Positions 28,866 through 44,916 of a DNA stretch of 64,000 bases are shown here, one piece after another. This DNA comes from the human T2T-CHM13v2.0 reference genome, Homo sapiens: NCBI RefSeq assembly GCF_009914755.1, contig NC_060935.1. One strand, 5' to 3'. Every line of letters starts with the position of its first letter. Positions within the stretch are counted from its first letter, which is position 1. Below the pieces are notes generated by a model. That model worked only from the letters and a program-made list of their open reading frames with translations, ran no database searches and was not told where the DNA came from. The position numbers and the translations under genes are program-made.

Positions 28866-30139
28866 TCCCTCTTTGTTTAAAGAGTCAGTTGTTATCCTTC
28901 CAAAAAGCAAACCTTGTTTAGACCTATATGAGTAATAAGTGAGCATCCCCTAGGGCCTAGCACCAACTGAGGTGCTTGCAAAGCCACTGCATCTGGATTT
29001 CTGACCTTTAAGCCAGTCCGCCTTCCAGGTATCATTTTCCCCATCTGGGAGGCTCAGCAAAAAGAAAGCCCAAGAGTGTGGCTCAGGCTCAGGCCAAGCT
29101 CTGCTATTGCTGAGGGAATTCTATCCTTTACTTAAGAAGATCTTAGGGATGCTTGAAGCTGTGAGTATAATATTTTTCTCTGAAGGACATTTAACTGTTT
29201 TATTGCCAGAACCCCCAGCTGAGGCTTCAGAGTTTCCCCTGTCATGTTGATCACACCAGTTGACCTTCAGGGTCTGTCTTCCATTGCCTCCTCTAGGAGC
29301 AGCCTCTGCTGTAAACCCCTGTGGCTGTTTTGCGTCTCAGTAATGCAGAAAGAAGAGGCTAGCCTTGTGTGTTTCAGCTGCAGTCCTGTTATTTTCGCTC
29401 GTCCACTGTGCTCTTTGATTTATCTTCCTCATTAATCTGTGGCGCTCAGTACTGTAAAATTGCCTGAAACGAGATCTGAAGAGAGACCCTGACATTTTGA
29501 GGGATGTTGCAGGATTGTGTGGAGGAGATTAAATGGGGACAGAGGGAAATGAGGTGGCTGCATGGCTCAGTGGGCTCAAACCTCCAACTTGAGGATTTCT
29601 ATTGGTACCTCTTTCTTTAGCTGACCCTGAGGTTTGGAGAGAGAGACTCACAAGCCTACGGTTTCTGTACTGGCAAAATAAGGCTTGAAAAAAATTCTCC
29701 CTGGCCGCTTATTTGAGTTGCCTGGACATTGCTTGTGGGCAACCTATGAGTATGCAGTAATTGAAGCCCTAGAGAAGATGTGAACAGAACCACAGGCCAT
29801 TGTAGTCTGGGTAGGAGTCTGTCATGTCACCTCCTATGGGGTGCAAAGTTTGACGCTAGAAGGTGAGTGCAGGGACGACTTTGGGTGCCCTACACCTAAC
29901 CAGAAGCTGGTGGAGCACTATGTGGGGAGATGTTGGTGGGCCTCCAGGGCCCCTCCAACTTGTGGAAGAGTTTTGTGGAGAGAATAGGTTCATTTTTCCA
30001 TTGTCAGTGTGGTAGCAACTCATGAGAGCTCTGGGTACACCAGAAACAGAGGCTCCTTGGGAGGCTGCTTAAACTCTACCGTAGGACTCTTGACAGTTTG
30101 GGATCAGTGGTCCTAGTCTGAATTTCATCATCAAAAACA

Positions 30140-30370
30140 ACAATTTTCATTCACTGAGCACCTGCTATGTTCTAGGTGTTCTCCTAGGTACTCTACATAC
30201 TAGCTTTAACCTCCCAGAGGACTTACCACATCAAGAATTATCCATATTTCACAAATAAGGAATCCTGGCTCAGTGAGCTTATGTGACTTGCTCAGGGTTA
30301 CATAGGCAGAGAGTGGCAGAGCTTGAATTCTAACTTAGGGCTGTCTGGCTCTAAAGCCAGTGTTATATCA
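30140..30370. mobile_element. MIR
   Basis: cactgagcacctgctatgttctagg...gtgacttgctcagggttacataggc. Confidence 0.8.
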
Positions 30371-30959
30371 GAGACACCAGGCTGCCCCATCTCTAAAAGG
30401 GGAGGGCAGGCCGCTGTTGACTAGTCGGTAGATCCAGCACCAAGAATAATCAGGAAAAGCTTCCTGGCATCCTTTACGTTATCCAGGGAATCCCGACTCA
30501 TGGTCCATGGCTGGCTATAGCCCTGCCTTCCACACTCCTCCCTCCACCCCAGGTAGGATCCTCTGGGGGCTCTCATCTATCCGGGGTCTCTCCATAACCA
30601 TGTTTTGTTCTCTGGTAGCCCTTAACATGCCTTTGGAACAATAAGCTCCTAGGTATGGTCTCCCCCAAGACTGAGAGGAAGGAAGCAGAACAAAAGTGTG
30701 TTTTTCTCAGCATTCCCAGGCTTTGCACAGAGCTGGGCATATACAGTAGGAGACGTTTGCTATATTTTAGGTAATTAATATTATCCTAAGATAATTGATA
30801 AGACTGACTGAATAGTTTTCCTCCCCCTTTTCCTTCCAGTCGGCAAACTCCCCCCAAACAGTTTCAAATCTCTCAGCTTCTCTCTGTCTCTGTGTTTCTC
30901 CCTGTCTCTCTGCTTCTCTCTCTCCCTCTCTCCGCCCACCTCCCTCTCCTTCTCCCTCA

Positions 30960-31680
30960 TTGGCCATGGTGCAGGGGTCTAGGCTGCCATCCTCTCTCAT
31001 CTGAGCTCTCCCACTGCAGCCTTCCAGGCCCACTGTACCCACCAGGGCCTTCATGCGGTACGTTCTCCACCCAGAAGCTATTGTAACCTTAACATATACA
31101 TCAGATCTCCTCTGCCCTTGCCTGAAACCCTCCCTTAGTGCCTTTCCATTGCACCTAGAATAAAGGTCAGACTCCTTGCCGTGGCCTCCAAGGTGGTGTG
31201 TGTTCTGGCCCCTGCGCACCTCTCCAGCCTCACCTCATCACGCTTTACCTCCCTGACTCCTGCCTTCATCCATTCCCCTGGACGTGCCGGATCTTCTCTT
31301 TCGTCAGAAGCTTTGCACATACTGTCCCCTCTGCATAGACTGTGCTTCCCCCCTCTCTCCTTTTCTCCTTATAAGCCTGGCTTATTCTCTTCCTTCAGGT
31401 CTCAACTCAAACTTCACCACTTAGAGAGGCTGCTACTGACCACTCAATCTAAAGAAAGTTTCAGCTGTTGGTTTCTTTTTGGAAACTGTTTATTTGACAT
31501 CTCTTACTTTCATGTGTGTTAATTTTTATTTATTTGCCTGTTATGTCTTTCCCACTAGACTATCAGTATCAATAAGACAGAAACCAGGTCAGCTCCGTTT
31601 GCAGGTGAATCCCCTCTCCCAGCACAGGGCCCGTCCAGAGAGGGTGCTTATTACATATACCATGAAGGAATAAATGACTG
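30960..31680. mobile_element. L2 fragment
   Basis: tcagatctcctctgccc...cattgcacctagaataaaggtcagactcctt...ttcaggtctcaactcaaa...gaaggaataaatga. Confidence 0.8.
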
Positions 31681-31695
31681 CCAGGCACTGTGATG

Positions 31696-32424
<729 letters not shown>

Positions 32425-33499
32425 TGAAGATTAAATGAGACAGTGCCAGGCACAAGGTTAGCACAGTGCCTGGTCCAGTCAGTGCCCTTGATCAATGGCA
32501 GCAATTTTTATTTAGTCATGATCAGAATGCTGATTTCACAGATAAGGAAAGTGAGGCACAGAAAGTCTAAGATACCTAAATCGGCCAGGATATACATGTG
32601 GGTCCTCTCAGCCCCAGGTCCAGCACCGTGGCCACTGGCCTGTGTCACCTCCATGGTGCAGTGTCCCCTTCTCTTTGTGATCTGCTTTGGGAGGTCTCAC
32701 TCAGCTCTTATTCCCTGACCTCTGTCCTTGGGGAACTCTGGCAATGAAAAAAAGGCAGAAGATATTTAAGGTCTGAGACCCTGATGGATAACTGGCAAAA
32801 CCCGAAGTAGTTAACACGCTCCACATCCTGGCAGGAGGTCTCAATCTTTGGAACTGGCAGACTAACCACCGTGTAACAACATCAGAGGTGCAAACCTGTT
32901 AAAATCCCCAGCAAAGGTCTTGAAACAGAACATGAAAGGGTTTATGACCCTGTGGATTTGAACTTCTCATGGAGCCAAGCTATAATTCCAGCTCTGTTTT
33001 TGGAAGTAAAGATCAGAACCATAATTTGAGGAGGGCCTCAGAGCATGCACTTATTATGTTTCAGGACACAAGCTGTGGGATGAAGCTGCCTGGGGGAGGG
33101 CCCGGGGTACCGACCAGGAAGGGGTGTGGAGGGTGTGAGGAGAGTAAAGCAGGGTGTCTAGCTGAGGCAATTAAATGTACTTGCTTCTCAGTTTAAACAA
33201 AGGCCTCAAGGAAACCTCCCAGAGGGCTGCGTTCTTAATGATCTGGAATAAAGGGGTAGTGAGCAAAGCCAGCAAGCTGGGGGAGCTAATGGGAGCCCTG
33301 GCCTTGAATGTCCCTGCAGGAAGTCAGCTAGGGAGGCTTCTGTACACAAGCAGCACTTGTCATGCTAATGACCCAGCCTCTCTGGTGCCACAGAGGTCAG
33401 CTCTGAGACTTCAGGTTTGAGCTCCACTGGAGAGCTGGGACGAACGCTTCCTCTCCCTCCCTCATCCACTGCTCTGTAGCACGTCCTTGTGTGCTGCGG

Positions 33500-34110
33500 T
33501 TCCTGGCACTGTCTCTCTGCTCTCACTGCTACTGTCCTGCTGTGCCCGTCCTGTTACCCAGCGCATCATCCCAGCACAGCCACAGTGATCCTCCTGAAAT
33601 GCAGATCTGATCCTGTGTGCCACCTGCCTGCTGAAAACCCTTTGTGGCTCTGTGTCACATACAGGATAAAGTGCAAGCCTCAGAGATGACCCTCCAGCCT
33701 TGGCCCCTGCTATCACACCCGCCTCGTCCCCAACATCTAAGCCGGCTGCACCAAACACTTGGCAGTCTCTAGCACGCTCCGGGGTATTGTAAACCTCCAT
33801 GCCTTTGCCCCCTGGGATGCCCTCTCCTGACCCTTCTTTGCCAGGCTAACACATCCTCTTCCTGGATTCAGCTCCAATGCCCACTTCTAGGCATCTCAGG
33901 CCTAGTAAGTCCCTTCCTCAGGGCTCCCAAAGGACCCCGTGCTATCCTTTATTTTAAGTCTAACCAAATCTTTACCTTCTTTTTTCCTATTTTCCCTGTT
34001 GCTTGGCTTGAAGACAGGGATTATCTTATTTATCACTGGGTTTTCAGGACCCAAAAATATGATGTCTGCCACATAGTCGGTGCTCATTCAGCACTTACTG
34101 AAATGAACTC
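33500..34110. mobile_element. L2 fragment
   Basis: cagccacagtgatcctcctgaaatgcagatctgatcctgtg...acatagtcggtgctcattcagcacttactgaaatgaa. Confidence 0.75.
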
Positions 34111-34260
34111 CAGTTTTAGATGGATGGGTTATCTCTCTCCATCCAGAGACCTTGGCTTTTTCACTATGAACACTGTTGTTTTTCTCACTCTCAGGACTGT
34201 CTCAGCCCTTAGCACAGTGGGTGACACAGAGTAGGTCTTCAGTAAACATCAGGGCAAGCC

Positions 34261-34506
34261 ACCGCATGTTCTCACTCATAGGTGGGAATTGAACAATGAG
34301 AACACTCGGACACAGGAAGGGGAACATCACATACTGGGGCCTGTTGTGGGGTGGGGGGAGGGGGGACGGAAAGCATTAGGAGATATACCTAATGTAAATG
34401 TCGAGTTAATGGGTGCAGCACACCAACATGGCACATGTATACATATATAACAAACCTGCACATTGTGCACATGTACCCCAGAATCTAAAGTGTAATAAAA
34501 AAAAAA
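34261..34506 (+). mobile_element. 5'-truncated primate L1 (L1PA4-6-like 3' UTR)
   Basis: accgcatgttctcactcataggtgggaattgaacaatgag...taataaaa(A)n; 13-bp TSD atcagggcaagcc (34248-34260 / 34507-34519). Confidence 0.97.
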
Positions 34507-34554
34507 ATCAGGGCAAGCCTCCCTGAGATGATGTGGGGGTGTGGCTGTCCCACC

Positions 34555-34918
34555 TGTTTTAATCCATTCAGGCTGCTATAACAAAGTAGCACACATTGTG
34601 TGGCTATAAGCAACAGGCACTTCTTTCTCACAGTTCTGGAAGCTGGAAGTCCAAGGTCAGGATGCCGGCATGGTCGAGTTCTGATGAAGGCCCTCTTCTG
34701 GGCTGCAGAAATTCTGACTTCTACTTGTACGTTCACATGGCAGAAAGAGGGCAAGCTAGCTCTCTGGGATCCTTTTTATTAGGCACTAACTTCACTCACA
34801 AGGGCTCTGTCTTCATGACTAATCACCTTCCAAAGACTCCACCTCTAAACACTATCGCATTGGGGGTTAGATTTCAATGTGAATTTGGGGCATGGGAAGG
34901 GGAATTCAGTCCCTAACA
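34555..34918 (-). mobile_element. MaLR solo LTR (MLT1A-like)
   Basis: tg...aggctgctataacaaa...tctcacagttctggaagctggaagtccaaggtcagg...cattgggggttagatttcaa...aaca. Confidence 0.9.
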
Positions 34919-37489
34919 CCTCTCATCAGGCATAGTACTTGCTGGGAACTCCTTGTGTAAGAGGTGCTTTGGGGACACAGAGGCCTGGAGTGGAGCCTTT
35001 TTCAAAGATCCCAAAGCCCTCTCTCTATCTCAGAGATCAGGTCGTGAGCGACTAAAGGAAGGGACAGCGCAGTCAGGGAGATGTCAGTGCGTTCAGATTC
35101 AGAGGGCAGAACAAGAGCACTGTAGCATGGGTCAGAAGGAAGGCTTCCTGGAGGTGGTAGGCTTTTAGCTGGACCTTGGAAAACAGGTGGGAGTTATAGG
35201 TGGTGAGGGAGAGAAACAGCAGTCCCGGTTTGGTAGAAAGGAAGACAGAATGTGCGGGAGGGATGGAGAAAAGAGACTGAGCCTGGGGAGTTTTGTTCTC
35301 TGGGAAATCCTATCGTTGAAGGCCAACCACTTGTTTTCCAGGCCAGTAGGTGCCCCACTCTGATACTCAAAGCCACTGTAATAGCCACCTCCGGTAGCTG
35401 TGTTCCACTGTGCCCTTCAGAAGTAACCTACCCCAGCGCCCCTGGAACTGTCTGTGTCAGGGGTCAGCCTTGTGTTCTTGGAGAGAAGCCTTCCAAAAAC
35501 AGACTCTGATAGGTTGAAGCAAATAGCTGACTTATTCATAGATGCCCTGGGGCTCACAGTATTAGAACTGGCCACCTCCTAATGATTAAACACTACACAA
35601 ACACCCAGTGACCAGATTACCCCACCATAAATGGGCTGTAAACCAGAGTGGACAGTGGCTGTTCCACCAACTGGGAGGAAGCGAGGCTACAGAAATGCTT
35701 TCTGTCCTAAGCAACTAGCCCTTCAGGCAGAGCCCAGAAAACAAACGCAGACCTTTCCTGCACCCTGGGAGGGAAGTCGGAGAGGGGAAAGGTGGGATTC
35801 TGAGGTCACTGAGAGTGGAAAATGACAAGTACCTCCCTCCCCTCCCCTGTGCTAGGTGCTCTAAACATGCTGCACATTAACTTACATCATAACCTGGTGA
35901 GAACTGGCAATTGATCAGGATGGATTCGGATGACATCTGTATTGAGGGTCTATTTTATCTGCATATCCATTTATGAGGGGAAAAACTATGGCCACTACCC
36001 TTAAGTTAGTTGATACAGCTGATTCAGAGAGACTAGGTCTTTTGTCCGGAATCACACAGCAAGCAAGTGACTAGAAACAGGACCAGAATCCGGGTCCTCT
36101 GACCCTGCAATACAAGCCTTCTCCATTATCTGAAATGATTATACTGAGCGACTCCCAGGGGTAAATGACTCAGCGTGCCAGGTGTGGGACACTGCCTCTC
36201 TTGTTCTACCCACACCCACTTCCCTCCATCTCTAAGTTAGTTCTACTTGAGTTCAGCAGGTAAAAGAATCACCCCTGCTCTGGTTTGTTGCCTCTCCAGG
36301 AAGGAAGCAACTGGACCCTATTGGTGGGAAAGGTGAGAGATTCACATCCACCTACCTGCACACCTCCCACTGTTCTGGACAGGCCAGACCAGGGCTGTGG
36401 GCATGAAGCAGACCCTCACCAGTCTCTAAGAGCTGGGGATGAGAACAAAGCCCTTCCTTATTGCTAGCCTGAATTATTGGGATCTGTTGCTCTTATTCTT
36501 CAGTAAGAAAAACAGCCATTCTGTTCATTGGATTTGGATGTTCTAGCTTCTGGTTTTGTTAAATTGTTAATAATACTATCTATTTCTAGTTACTGCTAGA
36601 AAGTATGGAAGGCTCATGTGAGTTCAGGAATATTTGAGAAGAAAACATCTTAGGAAAATTGCATCCAGTCTGCATAAGCCCGTTCTCTTAACTTGCTGGT
36701 GAACTCCTGAAAATTGGTTCCCAAACACCAGGGGTCTTTAAACTCCAGAGATGGAGACACCTCCTGACCATCCAGAAGCTCACCTGGAATTCCTAGTAGC
36801 AGATGTTATTACACTGGTCCTACATTTCCCTCCATATCACCTCAAAAGGCTTAATTTGCTATTTTGTATGTTCACCAGAACAGTTAGAATTGTGATGCCA
36901 AAAGGTGGTAAGCTTGCCAGGCTAAAATATCCTCAGGAGGAATCTTTAATTTCACAATCCATGTTTCTTGTGTAATCCACACCTTTTTTGTGCTTCAGTT
37001 TCCCTTTCTGTCAAATGGGCATGTAAAGTCCTGGTCTCTCCTCTCCCCACTGCCGTAAGTCAATACTGGCGAGGAGCTTACAGCACCCCTAGGAACCCAG
37101 GGGCATTGTAAATGCAGGGCTCTGGCCAGAGAAGCCTGGCTTCTCTCTGCTGCCACTGAAGAAGTGACTGCAGTGGGCTCTGATGCTGGGCAGTTTTGGT
37201 ATTCTGATCAGGTTACAGTGACTTTTTTCAGAGGGGCTCAGTCCTGCCATTCTCACATAAATTCCCTCTCCCTCCCAGTGCCTTAGTGTAACTTAAGGGG
37301 GTGCTGAAAGAAGATAGCACCTAAATCCACTGGGTTGCTTTTCACATTACAAACATGAAGCCCTCATCATGGACTACACTGGCCTTGGTTGTTGTTCCAG
37401 ACACCACCAGATGTGTTTTAGGGAGTCAGGGTTTCTCGTCTGCCATTCCTTTTTTCCAATCCTTCTTTTGGTGCAAGACCTTGAACCCA

Positions 37490-37670
37490 AGGCAGTATAG
37501 CACAGTGGTTAAGAGCAAAGGCTCCAGAATAGGGTTCAGCTCAAATCCCAGCTCAGTCACTTGCTAACCAGTGAATGACTTGGAGTAAATTAATGCAGAT
37601 AGTAAGAAGTGCTTCTTGGTGGAGTTGTGAGGCTTACTTGCGATAATCCCAATAAACAATAGCTATTATT
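37490..37670. mobile_element. MIR
   Basis: aggcagtatagcacagtggttaagagc...tcaaatcccagctc. Confidence 0.8.
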
Positions 37671-37880
37671 GGGAAGGAAGTTTAAGCTCCAAGGCAGAGC
37701 AGGAACGGAAGTGTCTTCTGATTCATTCTCACTGGCCCACAAGCTCTCTGACAATAGAGACCCTTTCTGTCTGTCTTAACACTTTAAAGCCAAGGCCTGA
37801 GAAGAAACTGCCACACGATAGAAGTTCAATAAATGTTTGAGAACAATTTCAATCCCAAGTGATTCTGCTGAGTTTTAATC

Positions 37881-38187
37881 ATATATATATATATATATAT
37901 ATATTTTTTGAGATGGAGTCTTGCTCTGTTGCCCAGGCTGGAGTACAGTGGCACAATCTCAGAGGAACCTCTGCCTCCCGGGTTCAAGCAATTCTCCTCT
38001 CTCAACCTCCTGAGCAGCTGGGACTACAGGCGTCTGCCACCAAGCCCAGCTAATTTTTATATTTTTAGTAGAGATAGGGTTTCACCTTGTTAGCCAAGCT
38101 GGTCTTCAACTCCTGACCTCAGGTGATCCATCTGCCTCAGCCTCCCAAAGTGCTGGGATTATAGGCTTGAGCCACTGCACCCAGCCC
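37881..38187 (-). mobile_element. Alu with (TA)n-converted tail
   Basis: (TA)n at 37881-37903 followed by an Alu dimer with a small internal deletion. Confidence 0.95.
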
Positions 38188-38289
38188 AGTCATTCTTTAA
38201 AAAAAAGAAAAAAAAAAAAACGAGAAATGAGTCCTATCTATAATAAGACAGATTTTCAATAAGGAGAGGAATACAGGGACAGGGAATCA

Positions 38290-38607
38290 ACATTTCTGTG
38301 CACTTCATTGTGCCAGGCAGTGAGCTGAATGCTCAAAGTATTTCATCTCACTTCACCCTTCAGAACTCCTGCAAGGCTGGTGTGTCCTTCACTTTTCATG
38401 CCAGAAAACTGAAATGAGGCTCAGAGAAGTGAACTTGCCTGAGGTCGGACAGCTGGGTAAGCTAGAATAATAGTAGAAGTAGTAATAGCAGCAGCAGCAG
38501 CTAACATGTATGTAGCATACACTGTGAGCCAGACACTTTACCTAAATTGACTCATTTAATCCTCATGACAACTCAGTGAGATTTCATCATTTTAAAGATG
38601 AGGGAAC
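38290..38607. mobile_element. Two MIR fragments
   Basis: tgtgccaggcagtgagctg...aggctcagagaagtgaacttgcctgaggtc; ctcatttaatcctcatgacaac...agatgagggaac. Confidence 0.8.
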
Positions 38608-39889
<1,282 letters not shown>

Positions 39890-40699
39890 ATTTTTAGTAA
39901 GGGCTTTATTGGTGTAGTAAGGACTCCATAGGACTTTCTGAAACAGAAGAATTAGGTGATTAAGTAAAATGGTGGCACTGCTCTCTCTAACAGTTTTGAA
40001 AATGAGACTCTGTTCATATGCCCAGGATGTGTGAACAGAATTTTTCCTGGAGGTGCAGGGCAAGTTTGAGAGGACCTTTGAGTGGCCTTGAGGCTTTGCC
40101 TCATCTCTCCACATTGATTGGGTTGGCAGTATTTTCACTGAAGAAACTGATCTGCTTTTCTGTGGAGTGAAATGACAGGTTAGAAAGGCTCTCAAAGTCT
40201 AAATTTAGCCAGCACAGTGTATTCATGTGCTGTTTTGCACCCGGGTCACCAGGAGAAGATAGATTTGACAGGTTGGCTGGGGGACAAAAGCCAGCCCTTG
40301 AAGAAATCAGTTCTCCTTTGAAAGGTAAGTCAGACTAATTATTTTTCTCTATCAAGCCTGGTGTGTGAGCTCATTGATCAGCAGCTGCAATGGGAGAATG
40401 GAGTGGTGGTACTAGGAGGCACAACTGCCACCACTATGGGGCTTCAGCTGTAATCATCTTCCAAGATCAGCCAGTGGTACAGTAACTGCCTGCTATCCCC
40501 GCACACACTTTAGATCCTTTGCTTTATGATGCTGTTTTGGATTTGTAAAAACATTTTATGTTCACAAAAACAAAAAATATTTTTATAGAAGAGAACGTTA
40601 TCATACTTTACCCCTTGTAGAAATCTTGTGAGACTGGTCATTGAGAGAGCCTTGTTTTATAGAGCAAAGTTGCAGAAACCAAATATTTCAGAACTGTCA

Positions 40700-41003
<304 letters not shown>

Positions 41004-42289
41004 AAGTTTAAATCAGTGTATGTGTATGAATGCCTGTCATCTTCTCTGTCTTTTCTCTATCACTTTGACTCTTTTCAGCTACTTCTTGAGGTCCAAAAAC
41101 TTCCAGAGAGCTTTTCCTGCCCCTTAACAGCCAAACAGAGACTTCAGGGACACAGCAAACAAGCATGCTTGCCATCAGCATCTTAAGCTTGACCCTTAGG
41201 ATAGAGGCTCAGATGAAAGTCATTCACACCAAAGCTGTGTCCAGGCAACAGCCAACAGACTTTGAAAAAGGACTTAACCAGTATAAGAGATGACTAAATT
41301 TAGACTTGTGTATTTCTTTTTCTGTTGCTTGTGTCTTTGATCCACTTGGCAGTTAAAAATTGAAGTTCCTCAGACCTTTTTTTTTTTTTCCGCCTGCTTG
41401 TTTTGCTAGATAAACCGTTTGCACAGAGTGGTGTGTGTGCTTGCACATGCTTAATTTCCCTGGCATCTGATAAATGTTTTGAAATAGAATAATGCTGGAA
41501 ACATTTTTTATTACTTTAAATTGCTTTGCTTAAATAGAATTGATTCTTTTCCTCGACTGCTGTATTGTTGCTGCTTTTGTTTTTAAATGAATAAGATCAC
41601 TCTAACTACGTTTCCTTCTTATTAGTCCCATCGTGTTCAACCATCACTTCCTGTAGTGCTTACTGGCAAATGAGACTTCCCATCCTCACGTGGCTACACA
41701 GGCATCAGTGAGACCTCTCTGACCTTGGGCTAGGAATTTGGAATTCCTGGTCTGTAACGGGGAGAGATGAAGCTGCAAAACAAAAAAGCATAGGTTGGAG
41801 GTTGGAGGTCTGAGGTTTAACCTTGGATCTATCCCTAAACTCTGTGACCTCAAGCAAGGTACTTTTCCCCCTGAGCTTACTTACTCAAATTTGGATTTGA
41901 GTCAAATGGCCCCTAATTTTCTTTTCAGTTGTGAGCGTCTAGAGTAACTTCAGTTTACTAGATAACCAACCCTGTATAAAATTTGAGATTTGATTATCCA
42001 AAATGAAGTGCATGAAGGCAGGTGCTCGTTGAACTCAATGGTGTCTGAACGAGCTCTAGAACCTGTGACAAATGAGCTGTGAGATAGTGTTATGATTTAC
42101 AGCTTTCCATGGGGTGGACATCATAATTTTTAAAACGCTGACTTTGTCAGAGAAATTAGATAAAATGCAAACAGCGCTGTGAGATTTCTGAATTGGGAAG
42201 CAGAGCTGGAGTAATTTTCCTTTGGTATGTCTGCATCTCTGCTACCCATGGCTTTTCCAAAAGCAGTAAATGCCTGTCTATGAGCTTCC

Positions 42290-42710
42290 GATCCCCCTTG
42301 GATAAAGTTCAAACTGTTACCGGGCTTACTATGAGATCTGGCTCCTGCTATTCTTCCCCTCCTTCTCCTCTCTTCAACCACACTGAATTACTTGCTTCCC
42401 CAACGCCCCAAACCATCCTTTTTCTTGCCTTCCAATCTTTGCAGAGACATTCTCTTCATCCTCACCCCATCCCTTCAGGGCTCACGTTAAATGTCACCTC
42501 CTCCAGGAAGCCTTCTCTACCCCACACCAAAGACCAGATTGGGTGTCCCTCCTATTTGCTCCCATGATGGCCTGAACTTTTCCTTATCATAGTACCAAAT
42601 ACATCCTATTATAACTGTCTGCTACTAGCCTGTCACCTCATCTATACTCTAAGCATCTTGAGGGCAAGAACCTATCTTGTTCACCAGTGTTTCCTCATTA
42701 CCCAAGCCAC
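42290..42710. mobile_element. L2 fragment
   Basis: ttaaatgtcacctcctccaggaagccttctct...aagcatcttgagggcaagaacctatcttgttcacc. Confidence 0.8.
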
Positions 42711-44129
42711 ATGAGGAAACTGCTCAGACAGGTAGACTAGCTCCAGTCTGTATAGCTCAGCTTATTAGTGAAGCCAGAATTCACTCCCAAGCCTGCATCT
42801 CTCAAACCCCACCCCCTTCCCTTCTGTAAGACTTCTCATCCTGACCCATCTTTCCCCTAATTGTGAAGATGTCTTTTTTCTTGAGATGGCTTCTGTGATC
42901 TCATAAGAAGGACTGGGGGGAAAATGGAATTGGTTTTGCAGACCTTTGATTTAGAGACTCATTTACAAGATTGTCTGCTCCCGTGGATCAGGACTGCAAA
43001 GGAGAACACTTAGGTCAATTGGCTTAAATGGCACTGCGTCTGCTGTGCAAATAGGGGCTTAATAATTGTGAGTCTCCTTTTCTCCCTGGAGTTTGACATA
43101 CTGTGCCATCCAGATGCATTTGTGAGATAAGCGTGACAGCCCCCCACCACCTTTTTTTTAATTTGCGAATTTTGAAATTCAAACACGCCTCTCTGTCTCT
43201 TGGATTCCAACAGCTTTAAATGTCCTTGGATTTTTTAGAAAGCGCCCAAGTCTATAATATATGTACAGCCGTGGCTTTTATCAAAATGTAGACATGCCTC
43301 TCATTACTGCTAATTGCAGTTCTACCACCGGGTGATCTGGGCTCAAACCTCCTAGTTCTGTGACTGGTTATCTGTTTTATAGCATTGGCTACTTAAGATA
43401 CATTACAGTGTCTTCCAGGCAGCTGCTCTTTAGGTAAATTAATACCTGGGGATCTTTTTCCTTCTCTAGGAAACTTTAAGTACTGTAACAGGCTTTCATT
43501 TAAGCCTGTGCAAGGCTTATTTCACCAGATTGCTATTTAGAAGTTCTAACAAAACACCTTTATGAATAGTGACTGTAATACCCTTAATCCGCTAAACTTC
43601 CTGACATTTTAAACTAAGTGGATAGCTAGGAATGAAATCAGGCTTTCCCATCTCTCTAGTCTCTTCCTCTCCGCAGGCCTGCCTATGCATCTTCAGGATC
43701 AAGGTGCTGGGGTGCAAATTCTTTCTTGCTGTTAGGCCATCAAACTAGCAAAGACGAGGAAACACAATGCACTTTCTTCAGACTCCAGGTTTTGTAATTA
43801 CCTGGCCTGACCCATAGCTTTTTTAAAAAAATGAGTTTTGGTGAGGTTTCTGTTTCTGATAAAAGATTGGGATTTAAAAATATTAAATGTGATTTTCTTG
43901 TTTTTTTTTAAGCCTATGTTTAATTTTGGAAAAAATATTGAAAATGCAGATAAGCAAACAATAGGGATAAAAGAAAAAGGTTGTAATGTTATATGACACA
44001 GAGAAATCTATCGTTAACACCGTGGTGCTTTCCAGGTGTTTTTTGTTCACGTAAGCACTTAGACATTTTGTTTTTTGAAAGACCAAACATGTCTTGAATA
44101 CTTGCTTGCAATGAGTCACACACTAGTTT

Positions 44130-44320
44130 AAATTCTTTACATGTATTGATTCATTTGGTGTTTACAACACCTCTGGGAGTAAGAACTCATTGTACAGGTG
44201 ATGAAACAGACACACATCGCTTAAGCAACGTGTCCAAAGTCACACAGCTAAAAGTGACAGAGCCAGGATTTGTAGCTAGACAGTGTGACTCTATAGTCTT
44301 TAATTTTAATTACATTATAC
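44130..44320. mobile_element. MIR within old L1M-like sequence (~43890-44560)
   Basis: caggtgatgaaacaga...gtccaaagtcacacagctaaaagtgacagagccaggattt. Confidence 0.7.
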
Positions 44321-44916
44321 AGCCTCTAAAAAATGAGAGATGTTTTATAATCTAATTTTGTAATTGTGTAGTACAGCATGAGCATTTTTCTTTATCAGGA
44401 TTCATTAACATCATTCTTAATGGTCACACACAGGATTCCATTCTATGTGGCGGAGCCATAATTTGATTAACTCTCTTCCTACTGGTGAATATTTAGGGTA
44501 TTTCACTTCTTTTGTTCTTATAAACAAAAATGCAAAGACCATTCTTGGACCTAATGTATGCACACTAGTGTGGGCTGCCAATAAAGCTTGTATTCTATAT
44601 TTCCCTTATAATTCTGACATTTGTGTGTGCAGATGATGCCCTTGAGGCACTACAGAGGAGCATAGTCTCGAGTATCTTCTGGCAGTGGTGATGGGGCTAC
44701 CCTGAACCATTCACATACTTTTTCTATCCGTACTCCATTGTTCCTGGTATGGTGTTTGGAAGAAAGTTGGCTGAAGAATGGAGTTTCTGTCTAGGTCCAG
44801 CTAGCTCCCTGCAGCTGAACCTCCACATATAGCATCAGTTTACATTGTGCTCTGAATTGAATGAGAACATTTATCTTTCTCTCTAAACTTAAGCAAAAAT
44901 ATAGAACTTGAAACTA

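Noticed and set aside
36165-36174. ARE/AP-1-like ATGACTCAGC and other scattered TGA(C/G)TCA motifs
   Set aside because: Short motifs expected repeatedly by chance; no clustering I can defend.
40253-40324. 72-nt pseudo-exon with AAG|GTAAGT donor
   Set aside because: Weak acceptor pyrimidine tract and an immediate TAG in the NAV2 frame; no supporting evidence.
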